Counted from the first letter of the whole stretch, positions 8,888 to 20,001 are shown. The stretch: 62,690 nt of DNA, filler included, from Actinomycetota bacterium (GCA_025963875.1; 5 parts of 5 records of this genome joined end to end with filler, not necessarily neighbours in it), one strand, 5' to 3'. Notes: generated by a model from the sequence alone, not told the origin. A program made the numbers and translations.

Positions 8888-9748
8888 TTGTATCCTTCAC
8901 GCTTTCACTACGAGGCACCCAGAACGCTGGATGAGGCGTGCCAGATGATGGCCTACTACCGGGAGGACGCCAAGGTTCTCTCGGGTGGCATGAGCCTGAT
9001 CCCGCTGATGAAGCTCCGTTTCGCCGCACCCGCCACCATCGTCGACCTCAACCAGATCCAGGGCCTCGACTACATCGAGGAGGCCGGCGGCTACCTGCGC
9101 ATCGGCTGTCTGGCCCGCAACCGGGCCATCGTCCGCTCCGAGCTGGTCCGGTCGCGCCACCCGCTCATGTCGTCGGCGGCGCCGACCATCTCCGATCCGG
9201 TCGTGCGCAACCGCGGCACCGTCGTCGGCAACCTGACCCACGCCGACCCCCAGGGTGACTGGGCCACCGTGATGATGTGCCTCGACGGCGAGGTCGTCGC
9301 CCGCTCCACCGAGGGTGAGCGGGTCATCCCCGTCTCGCAGTTCATCACCGGGCCGTTCTCCACCACGCTGATGCCGAACGAGATCGCCGTCGAGGTCCGG
9401 GTTCCCGGCGCCACCAACTTCGGCGAGTACCACAAGATCGAACGCAAGGTGGGCGACTTCGCCACCGTTGCCGTCGGCGTCGCCCTCCAGCAGCAGGGCG
9501 GTTCCGTTTCCCGGGTCGGTATCGGCCTCACGGGTGTCGGCCCCAGCAACATCAAGTGCTACGACGCCGAGCGCATCGTCTCCGGCGGCGGGCTCAACGA
9601 GAACACGATCCAGCAGGCAGCCCAGGCGGCAGCAGCCGATTCCTCTCCTCGGACCGACCACCGGGGCAGCGAGGAGTACAAGCGGGAGATGGTGGCGGTC
9701 TTCGTCCGGCGTTCGCTCCATGCGGCCGCTGGTATCCGGGCGGCCTAA
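8888..9748 (+). CDS. coxM: CO dehydrogenase medium (FAD) subunit
   Basis: SGGMSLIPLMKLR, RNRGTVVGN and ERKVGDFA; TTG start with AAAGGAGG SD. Confidence 0.93.
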   Translation: MYPSRFHYEAPRTLDEACQMMAYYREDAKVLSGGMSLIPLMKLRFAAPATIVDLNQIQGLDYIEEAGGYLRIGCLARNRAIVRSELVRSRHPLMSSAAPTISDPVVRNRGTVVGNLTHADPQGDWATVMMCLDGEVVARSTEGERVIPVSQFITGPFSTTLMPNEIAVEVRVPGATNFGEYHKIERKVGDFATVAVGVALQQQGGSVSRVGIGLTGVGPSNIKCYDAERIVSGGGLNENTIQQAAQAAAADSSPRTDHRGSEEYKREMVAVFVRRSLHAAAGIRAA

Positions 9749-9783
9749 GACAAGACGGCAACGTCGCGAGAAGGAGGCTGTAC

Positions 9784-10290
9784 GTGCCAGAGTTCAGAAC
9801 GGTTCAATGCGTGGTCAACGATGAGCCCCGGGAGGCTGAGATCGAGCCCCGGCTGCTCCTCGTCCACTTCATCCGGGAGGTCCTCGGTCTGACCGGGACC
9901 CACCTCGGCTGCGACACGACAAGCTGCGGGGCCTGCACCGTGCTGTTCGACGGTCTGCCGGTGAAGAGCTGCACCGTCCTCGGGGTCCAGGCCGACGGCC
10001 ACGACATCGTCACCGTCGAGGGTCTCGGTTCTCCGTCGGAGCTCTCGCCGGTCCAGGAGGGTTTCCACGAGGAGCACGGGCTGCAGTGCGGGTTCTGCAC
10101 CCCCGGCATGATGCTGACCGCGACGGGATTTCTCGAGGAGAACCCGAACCCGACGGAAGAGGAGATCCGCTGGGCACTCTCGGGCAACAACTGCAGGTGC
10201 ACGGGCTACATGAACATCGTCAAGGCGGTTCAGTGGGCGGCCAAGAAGATGGCCACGTCGGGTATCTCCGCACGTGGGGCACGCGGCTAA
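9784..10290 (+). CDS. coxS: CO dehydrogenase small (2Fe-2S) subunit
   Basis: GCDTTSCGAC, QCGFCTPG and CRCTGY; GTG start after AAGGAGG. Confidence 0.94.
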   Translation: MPEFRTVQCVVNDEPREAEIEPRLLLVHFIREVLGLTGTHLGCDTTSCGACTVLFDGLPVKSCTVLGVQADGHDIVTVEGLGSPSELSPVQEGFHEEHGLQCGFCTPGMMLTATGFLEENPNPTEEEIRWALSGNNCRCTGYMNIVKAVQWAAKKMATSGISARGARG

Positions 10291-10326
10291 TCGGGCAGCT
10301 CGGACTGGTTGAAGAGGAGGACAGGT

Positions 10327-12702
10327 ATGGCATTAGACGAAATACAGATTGGCGGTCTCGGCGCCCGTCGCAAGCGGGTTGAGGACGCACGCTTCATCCG
10401 TGGCAAGGGCAACTACATCGACGACTTCAAGCTCCCCGGGATGCTCCACATGGAGACCCTGCGCAGCCCGATCGCCCACGCCCGCATCACCTCGATCGAC
10501 ACGTCAAAGGCCTGGATGACCCCCGGCGTACACATGGTCATCACGGGCGACATGGCTGCCCAGCACAACCTGGCGTGGATGCCCACCCTGAGCTACGACA
10601 CCCAGGCAGTCCTGGCCACGGACAAGGTCCGTTTCCAGGGCCAGGAGATCTGCTGCGTCGTCGCCGACGACCCGTACATCGCCAAGGACGCCTGCGAGGT
10701 GATCGTCGTCGAGTACGACCCGCTTCCCCCCATCGTCAACCCCAAGCAGGCCCTCGCCCCCGGCGCCCCGATCATCCGGGACGACAAGGCAGGCCAGACC
10801 AACAACATCTGCTACACCTGGGAAGTAGGCGACAAGGAGAACACCGAGCGCGTGTTCGCGGACGAGAGCATGCAGGTCGTCTCGCAGGACATCTTCTACC
10901 CCCGCACCCACCCCTGCCCCATCGAGAACATGGCCATCATCTCTGACTACAACTCGGCCACGGGCAAGCTCACGATCTACCTGACCACCCAGGCGCCGCA
11001 CATCATCCGGACGGCCGTGGCCCTCGTGGCCGAGCTCCCGGAGCACATGATCCGGGTCATCGCCCCCGACCTCGGCGGCGGATTCGGCAACAAGGTGCCC
11101 GTCTACCCCAGCTACGTCATCGCCATCCTGGCGTCGATCCTGCTGACCCGTCCGGTCAAGTGGATCGAGGACAAAACCGGCAACCTGATCTCCACCGGGT
11201 ACGCCCGTGACATGTACTTCCACTGCGACGCTGCCATCCGCAAGGACGGCAAGATCCAGGCGGTGCGCGTCCACGCCGACACCGACAACGGTGGTTTCTT
11301 CTCCGACGCCCAGCCGACCAAGTTCAAGATCGGCCTGTTCCACTCGATCTTCGGCTGCTACGACGTCCCCTACGGCTACCTCACCGCACAGGGCCACTAC
11401 ACCAACAAGGCACCCGGCGGCGTCGCCTACAGGTGCTCGTTCCGCATTACCGAGTCGATGTTCTTCCAGGAGCGGTTCATGCAGACCTGCGCCTACGAGA
11501 TCGGCATGGACCAGGCCGAGTTCCGGCGGGTGAACTTCATCCGTGAGTTCCCCCACCGCACGACCTTCGGCTTCCTCGTCGACTCCGGCGACTACGACAA
11601 GTGCCTGGACCTCGCGCTCGACAAGATCGACTACGACGGCTTCAAGGCACGCCAGGACGCAGCTCGCAAGCAGGGCCGCCTTCTCGGCCTCGGCCTCTCC
11701 TGCATGTCCGAACCCCTCGGCGCCGGCAACTCCCGTGAGTACGACATCATCGGCATCAAGATGTTCGACTCCGCCGAGCTGCGGGTGCACCCGTCCGGCA
11801 AGGCAGTGCTGAAGATCGGTTCCAAGACCCAGGGTCAGGGCCACGAGACCACGTTCGCCCAGATCGTGACCCACGAGCTCGGCATCCCCGCCGACGACAT
11901 CCTGGTGCAGCACGGTGACACCGACAACACGCCGTTTGGCATGGGTACCTACGCCTCCCGGTCGACCCCGACCGCAGGCGCCGCCACCGCCATGGTCGCC
12001 CGCAAGGTGCGTGCCAAGGCCAAGAAGCTCGCCGCACACCTCCTCGAGGTGTCGGAGGAAGACGTGGAGTGGGAGCTGGGCCGCTTCTACGTGCGGAGCG
12101 CTCCGAACCGGGGCGTCACCATCACGGACTGTGCCTTCGCCGCCTACACCAACATGCCGGACGGGCTCGAGCCGGGCCTCGAGAACAACGCCTACTACGA
12201 CCCGCCCAACATGACCTGGCCGTTCGACGTGTACGTCACGACGGTCGAGGTCGACCCGGAGACGGGCGAGTGGGACGTCCTCAAGTTCGTCGGCGTCGAC
12301 GACTGTGGCGTCCGGATCAACCCGATGATCGTCGAGGGCCAGCTGCACGGCGGTCTCGCCGAAGCCTTCGCCATGGCGTACCACCAGATGATCACCTTCG
12401 ACTCCCAGGGCAACTGCATCGGGTCCAACTACATGGACTACATGATCCCGACCGCATGGGAGACCCCGCACTTCGAGTTGTACGAGGTCGTCACCCCTTC
12501 GCCCCACCACCCGATCGGGTGCAAGGGCATCGGGGAGTGCGGCTGCGTGGGTGGCCCCGCCGCCTTCGTCAACGCCGTCGTCGATGCCGTCGCCCACCTC
12601 GGGGTCCGCAACATCGACATGCCCTGCCTGTCGAGCCGTGTCTGGGAAGCGATCAAGTACAAGAAGGACGTCTCGGGTACTCCGCCGCTTCCGGGGCAGT
12701 AA
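10327..12702 (+). CDS. coxL: Aerobic CO dehydrogenase large subunit, form I
   Basis: Active-site AYRCSFR (11425-11445), GGGFGNK, QGQGHET and GTYASRS. Confidence 0.96.
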   Translation: MALDEIQIGGLGARRKRVEDARFIRGKGNYIDDFKLPGMLHMETLRSPIAHARITSIDTSKAWMTPGVHMVITGDMAAQHNLAWMPTLSYDTQAVLATDKVRFQGQEICCVVADDPYIAKDACEVIVVEYDPLPPIVNPKQALAPGAPIIRDDKAGQTNNICYTWEVGDKENTERVFADESMQVVSQDIFYPRTHPCPIENMAIISDYNSATGKLTIYLTTQAPHIIRTAVALVAELPEHMIRVIAPDLGGGFGNKVPVYPSYVIAILASILLTRPVKWIEDKTGNLISTGYARDMYFHCDAAIRKDGKIQAVRVHADTDNGGFFSDAQPTKFKIGLFHSIFGCYDVPYGYLTAQGHYTNKAPGGVAYRCSFRITESMFFQERFMQTCAYEIGMDQAEFRRVNFIREFPHRTTFGFLVDSGDYDKCLDLALDKIDYDGFKARQDAARKQGRLLGLGLSCMSEPLGAGNSREYDIIGIKMFDSAELRVHPSGKAVLKIGSKTQGQGHETTFAQIVTHELGIPADDILVQHGDTDNTPFGMGTYASRSTPTAGAATAMVARKVRAKAKKLAAHLLEVSEEDVEWELGRFYVRSAPNRGVTITDCAFAAYTNMPDGLEPGLENNAYYDPPNMTWPFDVYVTTVEVDPETGEWDVLKFVGVDDCGVRINPMIVEGQLHGGLAEAFAMAYHQMITFDSQGNCIGSNYMDYMIPTAWETPHFELYEVVTPSPHHPIGCKGIGECGCVGGPAAFVNAVVDAVAHLGVRNIDMPCLSSRVWEAIKYKKDVSGTPPLPGQ

Positions 12703-12783
12703 GCCGCCGGGGACGGGGAATACCGGTAGACGAAGGGTAGTTGCATGAAGTAAGGAACTAAACGACCGAGCAGGCGGCGGTGA

Positions 12784-13572
12784 ATGATGACTGAAGACCT
12801 TTTGCAGTTGCGCCAGGATCTGTCCCGACGGGGCGAACCATTCGCCTTGGCCACCGTGGTGTGGCGTCGGGCCCCCTCTTCGGCGCAACCTGGGAACCAG
12901 GCCATCGTCACCGCCGCCGGCAAGGTCCGGGGCTGGTTGAGCGGCGCCTGCGCGGACTCGGTGGTCGTCCGCGAGGCCCGCAAGGCAATGGAGACCGGCG
13001 AGGCACAGCTCGTGCTGCTGGGCTCGCCGGAGGAGCTGGCGGCCCGGGCCAACGACGGCATCAGCCTCGTACCCATGCAGTGCCAGAGCGAGGGTGCCAT
13101 CGAGCTGTTCGTGGAACCCGTGCTCCCGAAGCCCCACCTCGTGCTCATCGGGCGCACCCCCATGGTCCGGACGCTGACCGGCCTGGCCAAGACGCTGGGG
13201 TGGCGTACCGTCGTCATCGACGACCGGGGCGACCCCGAGGCCCATCCGCAGGCCGACCACGTCATCACCACCCTCGACCTTGCGGCCGCCGGCGTCGGGG
13301 AGAACTCCCTGATTGTCGTGGCCACGCAGGGCCAGTACGACGAGCTCGCCGTCGACAAGGCGCTCGGTACCAACGCAGCCTTCATCGGCCTCATCGCCTC
13401 CCGGAAGCGCGCGAAGGCGGTCATGGACTGGCTGCGGGACGTCGACTACTCGGACGAGATGCTCGCCCGGGTGAAGGCTCCGGCAGGACTCGACCTCGGT
13501 AGCCTCAAGCACGAGGAGATCGCGGTGGGGGTGCTGGCGGAGCTCGTCCAGTTCAATGCAGCCCGCAAGCCC
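12784..13572 (+). CDS. XdhC/CoxF family accessory protein (3' end cut by the contig end)
   Basis: ALATVV, GWLSGAC, VVATQG, IASRKR and KAPAGLDLG. Confidence 0.88.
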
Positions 13573-13672
13573 NNNNNNNNNNNNNNNNNNNNNNNNNNNN
13601 NNNNNNNNNNNNNNNNTTAATTAATTAANNNNNNNNNNNNNNNNNNNNNNNNNNNNNNNNNNNNNNNNNNNN
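13573..13672. other. Artificial contig spacer
   Basis: N run with TTAATTAATTAA (stops in all six frames). Confidence 0.99.
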
Positions 13673-14455
13673 CCGTTCCACATGTGGACCCCCGACGTCT
13701 ACGACGGCGCCCCGGCCCCGCTCTCGGGCTTCCTCGCCGCCGGCTCCAAGATCGCCGCCTACGCGGCGGCGCTCCGCCTGCTGACCAGCGCCTTCCCGCT
13801 CCTGCTGCCCCAGTGGCGCCCGGCGATCGGGACGGTGGCGGTGCTGACGATGGTGGTGGGCACCGTGATCGGGGTGGCCCAGACCAACGTCAAACGGATG
13901 CTCGCCTACTCGGCCATCGCCCACTCGGGCTTCCTGCTCGTCGGCCTGGCAGCCAACAATCCCGAGGGCATCTCGGGTTCGCTGTTCTACCTCGCCGCCT
14001 ACAGCTTCACGGTCCTCGGGGCCTTCGCCGTCGTCTACGCCGTCGGAGGGCCGGGCGAGGAGCACATCAACATCGACGACTACCGGGGACTCGGGCGCCG
14101 CCACCCCTGGCTGGCGACCGCCCTGGCGCTCATGCTCCTGTCGCTCGCCGGCATCCCGCCCACCATCGGCTTCTGGGCGAAGGTCGAGGTCTTCGGCGCC
14201 GGCATGAAGGCGGGACTCGGGCCGCTGGTCGTGGTGGGCGTCCTCACCAGCACCATCGCGGCGGCCTTCTACCTGCGCCTGGTGGCGGTCATGTTCCTCG
14301 ACGGCGAGGAGGGGTGGGCCAGTGCGGTGAAGGAGAAGGTGGCGCCGGGCCTGGGCGTTGCGGTGGCGCTCGCCTCCCTGGCGGTCGGGGCGGTGGGCCT
14401 GGCCCCCAACTTCCTCATCGAGCTGGCAAAGAAGGCCACGTTCGCCATCCGCTGA
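13673..14455 (+). CDS. nuoN: NADH-quinone oxidoreductase subunit N, first copy (5' truncated)
   Basis: PFHMWTPDVYDGAP, KRMLAYSAIAHSG and LSLAGIPPTIGFWAK. Confidence 0.9.
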   Translation, partial: PFHMWTPDVYDGAPAPLSGFLAAGSKIAAYAAALRLLTSAFPLLLPQWRPAIGTVAVLTMVVGTVIGVAQTNVKRMLAYSAIAHSGFLLVGLAANNPEGISGSLFYLAAYSFTVLGAFAVVYAVGGPGEEHINIDDYRGLGRRHPWLATALALMLLSLAGIPPTIGFWAKVEVFGAGMKAGLGPLVVVGVLTSTIAAAFYLRLVAVMFLDGEEGWASAVKEKVAPGLGVAVALASLAVGAVGLAPNFLIELAKKATFAIR

Positions 14456-14499
14456 CCGGCTTTTGCCGCTTGACCCTGAACCAGGGCCCCGTCACAGCC

Positions 14500-14546
14500 C
14501 AGATTCCGTCAAAAAGGGCCGTGAGCACACTTTTTGACGGAATCTG
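14500..14546. terminator. Perfect 17-bp-stem hairpin between convergent genes
   Basis: cagattccgtcaaaaag-N13-ctttttgacggaatctg. Confidence 0.7.
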
Positions 14547-14548
14547 CC

Positions 14549-15229
14549 TCAGAGCGGCCAGCCCCCTTCGCGGAGCAATGCTCGCAGGGGGGTCTCGATC
14601 TCCTTCGGCGCCCGGTCGACGTACTCCTTCGCCTGCTCGACGAGCACCTTCGGCAGCTCGCCGAGGTATTTGACCGCCACCTCGGGGGAGAAGTCCCGGC
14701 CCGTGTGGTCCTTGAAGTTGGAGGGCAGCTCGGTCCAGATGACGGCGTCGAACTCGTGGGCCCGGGCCCACTCCTTCACGACCTCCGCCAGGGCCGGCTG
14801 GATCCGGCAACGGTGCTTGCCCTCCCGGACGTCGACGAAGCCGATCCGCTTCGGATTCGTCGCCCCCTCGGCCTTCATCAGGTCGTGGATGGCGGCGTCG
14901 AGGTCGTTGCGACGGCTCTTCGCATACAGGGTGGTCACGGTCGTGCCGTGTTCGGGGTCGATCACCGGGATGAGCCGGCAGTCGACCGCCACCCGGGAAA
15001 ACTCGATGGGCAGCTCCGGCCCCCCGGGCTCCCACGCCTCCTCGGGGTGCTCGGGGTCCTCGGACACCAGCGGCAGCTCGCCCGGGTCCCAGGCCAGGGC
15101 ACCCCAGGTGACGATGGCGATCTTCTCCGGGAGTTTGAAATACGAATCGTCGAGATTGGCACGCTCGTCCGATGAGACCTTCCAGTCGAAGCCCTGATCG
15201 GCGGCATTCCGCGGAGGCAAATCGCTCAT
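14549..15229 (-). CDS. Hypothetical protein, possibly gamma-glutamylcyclotransferase-like fold
   Basis: IAIVTWGALAWDP..GPELPIEFSR pattern resembles the YGSL-type N-terminus; typical codon usage. Confidence 0.6.
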   Translation of the reverse strand: MSDLPPRNAADQGFDWKVSSDERANLDDSYFKLPEKIAIVTWGALAWDPGELPLVSEDPEHPEEAWEPGGPELPIEFSRVAVDCRLIPVIDPEHGTTVTTLYAKSRRNDLDAAIHDLMKAEGATNPKRIGFVDVREGKHRCRIQPALAEVVKEWARAHEFDAVIWTELPSNFKDHTGRDFSPEVAVKYLGELPKVLVEQAKEYVDRAPKEIETPLRALLREGGWPL

Positions 15230-15316
15230 CGATCAGGAGAGTACCACCGAGCCGATTCTTCGAAGCCAGGGGTCGTGCCCACCGTGTGGTACCTTGCAGG
15301 CCAATGGGCTTGAGGG

Positions 15317-15697
15317 GTGGCGAACTCGGTGCCTAAGGGATACTTTGGCGAGTATCTGACCCTGGCATTCTTCGCGGGCATGATGCTCCTGCTCGTCGCC
15401 GGCACGCTCGGCCTCAACAAGCTCGTCAGCCCGAAGGTCCACCGGGACGAGAAGTACCTCACCTACGAGTGCGGCGTCGATCCCGTCGGCGGCGGCTGGT
15501 CCCAGACCCAGATCCGCTACTACCTCTTCGGCCTGCTCTTCGTCGTCTTCGACGTCGAGGCGGTCTTCCTCTTCCCCTGGGCAGTCGTCTTCGACAAACT
15601 GGGCACCGCAGCCTTCGTCGAGATGGTCATCTTCATCGGCATTCTTGCCCTGGGCTTGGCGTACGCCTGGCGCAAGAAGGTACTGGAGTGGCTGTAG
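15317..15697 (+). CDS. nuoA: NADH-quinone oxidoreductase subunit A
   Basis: YECGVDP and [15 protein letters not shown]. Confidence 0.95.
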   Translation: MANSVPKGYFGEYLTLAFFAGMMLLLVAGTLGLNKLVSPKVHRDEKYLTYECGVDPVGGGWSQTQIRYYLFGLLFVVFDVEAVFLFPWAVVFDKLGTAAFVEMVIFIGILALGLAYAWRKKVLEWL

Positions 15698-15698
15698 C

Positions 15699-16250
15699 GT
15701 GACCATCGACGGCGACGGACGGGAGCGGGTGCACCGGGTCAAGCTTCCCAAGTCCGTGTCGTTCTTGCTCAACTGGAGCCGGAAGTACTCGCTGTGGATG
15801 TTCCAGTTCGGGCTGGCCTGCTGCTCCATCGAGTTCATCGCCTCCGCCATGCCGAAGCACGACATCATGCGCCTGGGGGTGATCCCCTTCCCTGCGTCGC
15901 CCCGGCAGGCGGACCTGATGGTCGTCGCGGGCACGGTCACCGACAAGATGGCGCCGGCGGTCAAGCGGGTCTACGAGCAGATGCCCGAGCCGAAGTACGT
16001 GATCTCGATGGGTTCGTGCTCCAACTGCGGCGGGCCGTACTGGGACTCCTACTGCGTGACCAAGGGGGTCGACCAGATCATCCCGGTGGACGTCTACGTC
16101 CCTGGATGCCCGCCCCGCCCCGAGGGGCTCCTCTACGGAATCGTTCGCCTGCAGAACAAGATCCAGAACGAGAACATACCGGAGAGGTGGAGTGGCCACG
16201 CCGCCAAGATCCCTCAGATCATGGGAACGGGTAGATCCGGAGGAATTTAG
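15699..16250 (+). CDS. nuoB: NADH-quinone oxidoreductase subunit B
   Basis: [18 protein letters not shown] and VPGCPPRPE. Confidence 0.95.
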   Translation: MTIDGDGRERVHRVKLPKSVSFLLNWSRKYSLWMFQFGLACCSIEFIASAMPKHDIMRLGVIPFPASPRQADLMVVAGTVTDKMAPAVKRVYEQMPEPKYVISMGSCSNCGGPYWDSYCVTKGVDQIIPVDVYVPGCPPRPEGLLYGIVRLQNKIQNENIPERWSGHAAKIPQIMGTGRSGGI

Positions 16251-16746
16251 CCGCCGGGTCGCCGGCAAGCTCGGCGACGCGGCGGCCTCGGTGGACGTGC
16301 GCAACGGCACGATCCACGTGACGCTCCCTGCCGGCGACGTTGTGGGTGCGGCGCGCGTCCTGAAGGAGGACCCTGAGCTCGACTGCGCCTACTTCAACTT
16401 CCTGTCCGCCGTCGACTGGGAGGCGGAGGGCTTCGAGGTGCTGGTGGCCCTCCACTCCCTCACCTACGGCAACACAGTCATCGCCCATGTCCGTCTGCCT
16501 GCGGAGAGCCCGTCCATGGCCAGCCTGACGGCGCTCTACGGCGGCGCCAACTGGCACGAGCGGGAGTGCGCCGAGATGTTCGGGATCGACTTCGACGGCC
16601 ACCCCAACCTCGTGAAGCTCTACCTGCCGGAAGACTTCGAGGGCTACCCGCTGCGCCGATCCTTCAAGCTGGCCAGCCGTCGGTACAAGGCCTGGCCCGG
16701 GGCGAAGGACGAGGAAGAGGCAGCCGCCGGAGGCCCGCTGCGATGA
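16192..16746 (+). CDS. nuoC: NADH-quinone oxidoreductase subunit C
   Basis: [25 protein letters not shown] and YPLRR; start uncertain. Confidence 0.92.
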   Translation: MATPPRSLRSWERVDPEEFSRRVAGKLGDAAASVDVRNGTIHVTLPAGDVVGAARVLKEDPELDCAYFNFLSAVDWEAEGFEVLVALHSLTYGNTVIAHVRLPAESPSMASLTALYGGANWHERECAEMFGIDFDGHPNLVKLYLPEDFEGYPLRRSFKLASRRYKAWPGAKDEEEAAAGGPLR

Positions 16747-16828
16747 GCTGGGCGACTTCTCCGGCCTTCTGTGAGTATTTTCTGGTGTATAGCACCAGGT
16801 TTTACTCACAGTTCGGGGTGCGGGCCTG

Positions 16829-17980
16829 ATGGGCACGGTCCCCGAGGACCTCACCCGGGTTCCCGACCTGTCCAGCACCGGAGGGCTCCATACCGAGGAG
16901 ATGGTCCTCAACGTCGGCCCCCAGCACCCCGCCACGCACGGGGTGCTCCGGGTGCTCGTCAGTGTCGACGGGGAGCGGATCGTCCGGGCGGAGCCCGTCA
17001 TCGGCTACATGCACCGGGGCCACGAGAAGCTGGTCGAGCAGCGGGACTTCCGCCAGATCACCAACCTCCTGTCCCGGATGGACTGGCTCTCGGGCATCAA
17101 CAACGAGATCCCCGCCTCCCTGGCCGTCGAGCGGATGCTCGAGCTCGAGGTGCCCCGCCGGGCGCAGTACCTGCGGGTCATCCTCGCCGAGCTCAACCGC
17201 ATCACCAACCACCTGATGTTCACCGGCTCCTTCGGCCTCGAGCTGGGGGCGACGACGCCGGTCATGTACGCCTTCCGCGAGCGGGAGCTCATCCAGGAGG
17301 CCCTCGAGCTGGTGACGGGGGGCCGGATGCATTTCGGCTTCATCCGCCCGGGTGGCCTCAAGGAGGACGTCCCGAGGGGTTTCGTCGAGCTGGCCCGCCG
17401 GGGCGTGCGCCAGCTCGTCGCCAAGATCCCCGACTACGAGAACCTCCTGATGGGCAACGAGATCTTCAAGCAGCGCACCGTCGGCGTCGGGCGCCTCGAC
17501 CCGGCCCTGGCCCTCGACCACGGGGTGTCCGGGCCGATCCTCCGGGCGTGCGGCATCCCCTACGACATCCGCAAGGTGGACCCCTACCTCGTCTACGACG
17601 AGTTCGAGTTCGACACCCCGCTCGGCGCCCAGGGCGACTCCTTCGACCGGTTCTGGGTGCTCGTGCAGGAGATGAAGGAGTCGGCCCGCATCGTCGAGCA
17701 GGCGCTCGACGGCCTGCCGGAGGGCTCCCACATCGGTGCCGTCCCCAAGCGGCTCACCCTCCCGAAGGGACAGATCTACTGCCACGCCGAGAACCCCCTC
17801 GGCGAGCTCGGCTACTACCTGGTCTCCGACGGCGGCAACAAGCCGTACCGGTTGAAGATCCGCACCCCGTCGTTCTCGAACATCAGCGTCGCCGCGCATA
17901 TGCTGCGCGGCGCCTTCGTGCCCGACATGATCGCAATCCTCGGCAGCATGTTCTTTGTCGTGGGGGACATCGACCGCTAA
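16829..17980 (+). CDS. nuoD: NADH-quinone oxidoreductase subunit D
   Basis: [31 protein letters not shown] and VVGDIDR. Confidence 0.95.
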   Translation: MGTVPEDLTRVPDLSSTGGLHTEEMVLNVGPQHPATHGVLRVLVSVDGERIVRAEPVIGYMHRGHEKLVEQRDFRQITNLLSRMDWLSGINNEIPASLAVERMLELEVPRRAQYLRVILAELNRITNHLMFTGSFGLELGATTPVMYAFRERELIQEALELVTGGRMHFGFIRPGGLKEDVPRGFVELARRGVRQLVAKIPDYENLLMGNEIFKQRTVGVGRLDPALALDHGVSGPILRACGIPYDIRKVDPYLVYDEFEFDTPLGAQGDSFDRFWVLVQEMKESARIVEQALDGLPEGSHIGAVPKRLTLPKGQIYCHAENPLGELGYYLVSDGGNKPYRLKIRTPSFSNISVAAHMLRGAFVPDMIAILGSMFFVVGDIDR

Positions 17981-18985
17981 ATGGTGACGACCCTTCACCA
18001 CATCCTCGCCAACAGCATCGTGCTCCTGGCGCTGAAGCTCGGCATCCTGCTGCTGCTGCTGCCGGCCACCCTCGTCGTGGGCTACGTGGAGCTCAAGGTG
18101 ATGGCCCACATGCAGCACCGGCTCGGACCGATGTACGCCGGCGCCTACCACGGCTGGGCGCAGACCCTTGCCGACGGCCTCAAGTTCATCCAGAAGGAAG
18201 ACATCATGGCCGCCGCCACCGACCGGACCGTCTTCTCGATGGTGCCCTACATCACGATGCTCGGTGCCGCTCTCACCTTTGTGGTGATCCCCTTCAGCCG
18301 GCATGGCGTGATCGCCAACCTGGACATCGGCCTGTTCTACGCCCTCGCCGTGTCGTCGATCAGCGTCATCGGCGTCCTGGCCGCCGGATGGGCGTCCGCC
18401 AACAAGTACTCCCTGATGGGCGGGCTGCGAGCGGCTGCCCAGCTCATCGCGTACGAGCTGCCCCTGGTGCTGGCCGCCGCCGCCGTGGCGATGCAGGCCG
18501 GGTCGCTCTCGCTCGTGAGCATCGCCGAGGCCCAGCGCTACGTACCGTTCGCCCTCTGGGCGCAGCCGCTCGGGTTCCTCATCTTCCTCGCCGCGGCCAC
18601 GGCCGAGGTGTCGAGGACACCCTTCGACATGCCCGTCGCCGAGGCCGAGATCATCACGGGAGCCTTCACCGAGTACTCGGCCATGAAGTTCGCCTTCGGC
18701 CTCTTCGCCGCCGAGTACATCGCCATGATCGGGATGTCGGCGCTTGCTGCCACCCTGTTCCTCGGCGGCTACGTCCCGCTGCTGCCGCAACTGCGGTTCG
18801 TGCCGGGGCCGGTGTGGTTCCTCATCAAGACGGGCCTTCTCATCTTCCTGCTGATCTGGATCCGGTGGACCTTCCCCCGATTGCGGGAGGATCAACTCCA
18901 GAAGTTCGCGTGGAAGGTGCTGATCCCGCTGTCGCTTGTCAACATCTTCGTCACCGGCGCGCTGAAACTGGCCCACTGGACGTAA
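17981..18985 (+). CDS. nuoH: NADH-quinone oxidoreductase subunit H
   Basis: [29 protein letters not shown] and PRLREDQL. Confidence 0.95.
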   Translation: MVTTLHHILANSIVLLALKLGILLLLLPATLVVGYVELKVMAHMQHRLGPMYAGAYHGWAQTLADGLKFIQKEDIMAAATDRTVFSMVPYITMLGAALTFVVIPFSRHGVIANLDIGLFYALAVSSISVIGVLAAGWASANKYSLMGGLRAAAQLIAYELPLVLAAAAVAMQAGSLSLVSIAEAQRYVPFALWAQPLGFLIFLAAATAEVSRTPFDMPVAEAEIITGAFTEYSAMKFAFGLFAAEYIAMIGMSALAATLFLGGYVPLLPQLRFVPGPVWFLIKTGLLIFLLIWIRWTFPRLREDQLQKFAWKVLIPLSLVNIFVTGALKLAHWT

Positions 18986-18996
18986 AGGGAGACCGG

Positions 18997-19968
18997 GTGA
19001 ACGACGAGTCGAAGCTCAAGAAAGCCACGTTCGGCACGGGGCTGCTCAAGGGGCTCGGGATCACCATGCGCCACATGGTGTCCAAGGCCGTGACGGTGCA
19101 GTACCCCGACGAGATCGCCCCGCTCCCGCCCCGCTCGCGCGGCGTCATCGCTCTGAAGGAAGAAAACTGCACCATGTGCATGCTCTGCGCCCGGGAGTGC
19201 CCGGACTGGTGCATCTACATCGAGGGCCACAAGGAGCGGCGGGAGTCCAGGGGCGAGGGCAAGCGGGCAAAGGCATTCAACGTGCTCGACCGCTTCGCCA
19301 TCGACTACGCCCTGTGCATGTACTGCGGCATCTGCGTGGAGGTCTGCCCCTACGACGCCCTGTTCTGGAGCCCGGAGTTCGAGTACGCCGAGGGGGACAT
19401 CACCCGCCTCACCCACGAGATGGAGCGCCTCGAGGACTGGATGCGCACGGTGCTCCCGCCCAGCCCCCTCGACGACGGCGCCAAGGGGCCGGAGATCAAG
19501 TCGGCAGCGCCGGTGGTCCCGGCCCCGGCCGCCGCGCCCGCGGCGGCCGCTCCGGCACCAGTCGAAACCGCCCCGGGGCCGCCCCCCGCGGCGGGGAGGC
19601 CGGCAGGGATGTCGGAGGCCGAGTTCGTCGAGCAACGAGCGGCGGCGGGGCGTCTGGTACGGCAGAAGGTGTACGAGGAGGAGATCGCCAAGGGCTCCGA
19701 ACCCCGGATCGCCGAGGCCAGGTCCAAGGCCGCAGAGATGCGGGCCAGGAAGGCCACGTTGCCGGAAACGGAGCCGGCCCCGCCTGTGACGCCTGCGCCG
19801 GCGCCATCCCGGCCGGCGGCCGGGATGTCCGCCGCCGACGCGGCAGCGGTGAGGCGGAAGGTGTACGAGGAGGAGATCGCCAAGGGCTCGGACCCCCGGA
19901 TCGCCGAGGCCAGGTCCAAGGCCGCAGAGCTGCGGGCCAGGAAGGGCACGAAGGGTCCCGGCGGCTAG
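18997..19968 (+). CDS. nuoI: NADH-quinone oxidoreductase subunit I with a long C-terminal extension
   Basis: [17 protein letters not shown] and [15 protein letters not shown] start after AAGGGAG; about 150 aa of extension with a duplicated module. Confidence 0.92.
   Translation: MNDESKLKKATFGTGLLKGLGITMRHMVSKAVTVQYPDEIAPLPPRSRGVIALKEENCTMCMLCARECPDWCIYIEGHKERRESRGEGKRAKAFNVLDRFAIDYALCMYCGICVEVCPYDALFWSPEFEYAEGDITRLTHEMERLEDWMRTVLPPSPLDDGAKGPEIKSAAPVVPAPAAAPAAAAPAPVETAPGPPPAAGRPAGMSEAEFVEQRAAAGRLVRQKVYEEEIAKGSEPRIAEARSKAAEMRARKATLPETEPAPPVTPAPAPSRPAAGMSAADAAAVRRKVYEEEIAKGSDPRIAEARSKAAELRARKGTKGPGG
19661..19945 (+). repeat. Two near-identical ~93-bp coding repeats in nuoI (period 192 nt)
   Basis: Units at about 19661-19753 and 19853-19945 encode [13 protein letters not shown](E/D)[12 protein letters not shown](M/L)RARK. 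Confidence 0.92.
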
Positions 19969-20001
19969 ACGAGACGGTGGTTGCCCGGAAAGGTGGGTGG
20001 G

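Noticed and set aside
10504..13512. 1002-aa antisense ORF and many other long shadow ORFs
   Set aside because: Expected from stop-poor frames in high-GC DNA; they overlap well-supported genes and have no motifs
13573..13672. TTAATTAATTAA palindrome repeated four times in the window
   Set aside because: Artificial six-frame-stop spacer inside N runs, not biological
19661..19945. Direct repeats as a possible CRISPR array
   Set aside because: Only two ~93-bp in-frame coding units with synonymous differences, and no cas genes
16771..19968. 1065-aa ORF suggesting a giant NuoI fusion
   Set aside because: The first ~740 codons are an off-frame read of nuoD/nuoH; the real start is GTG 18997
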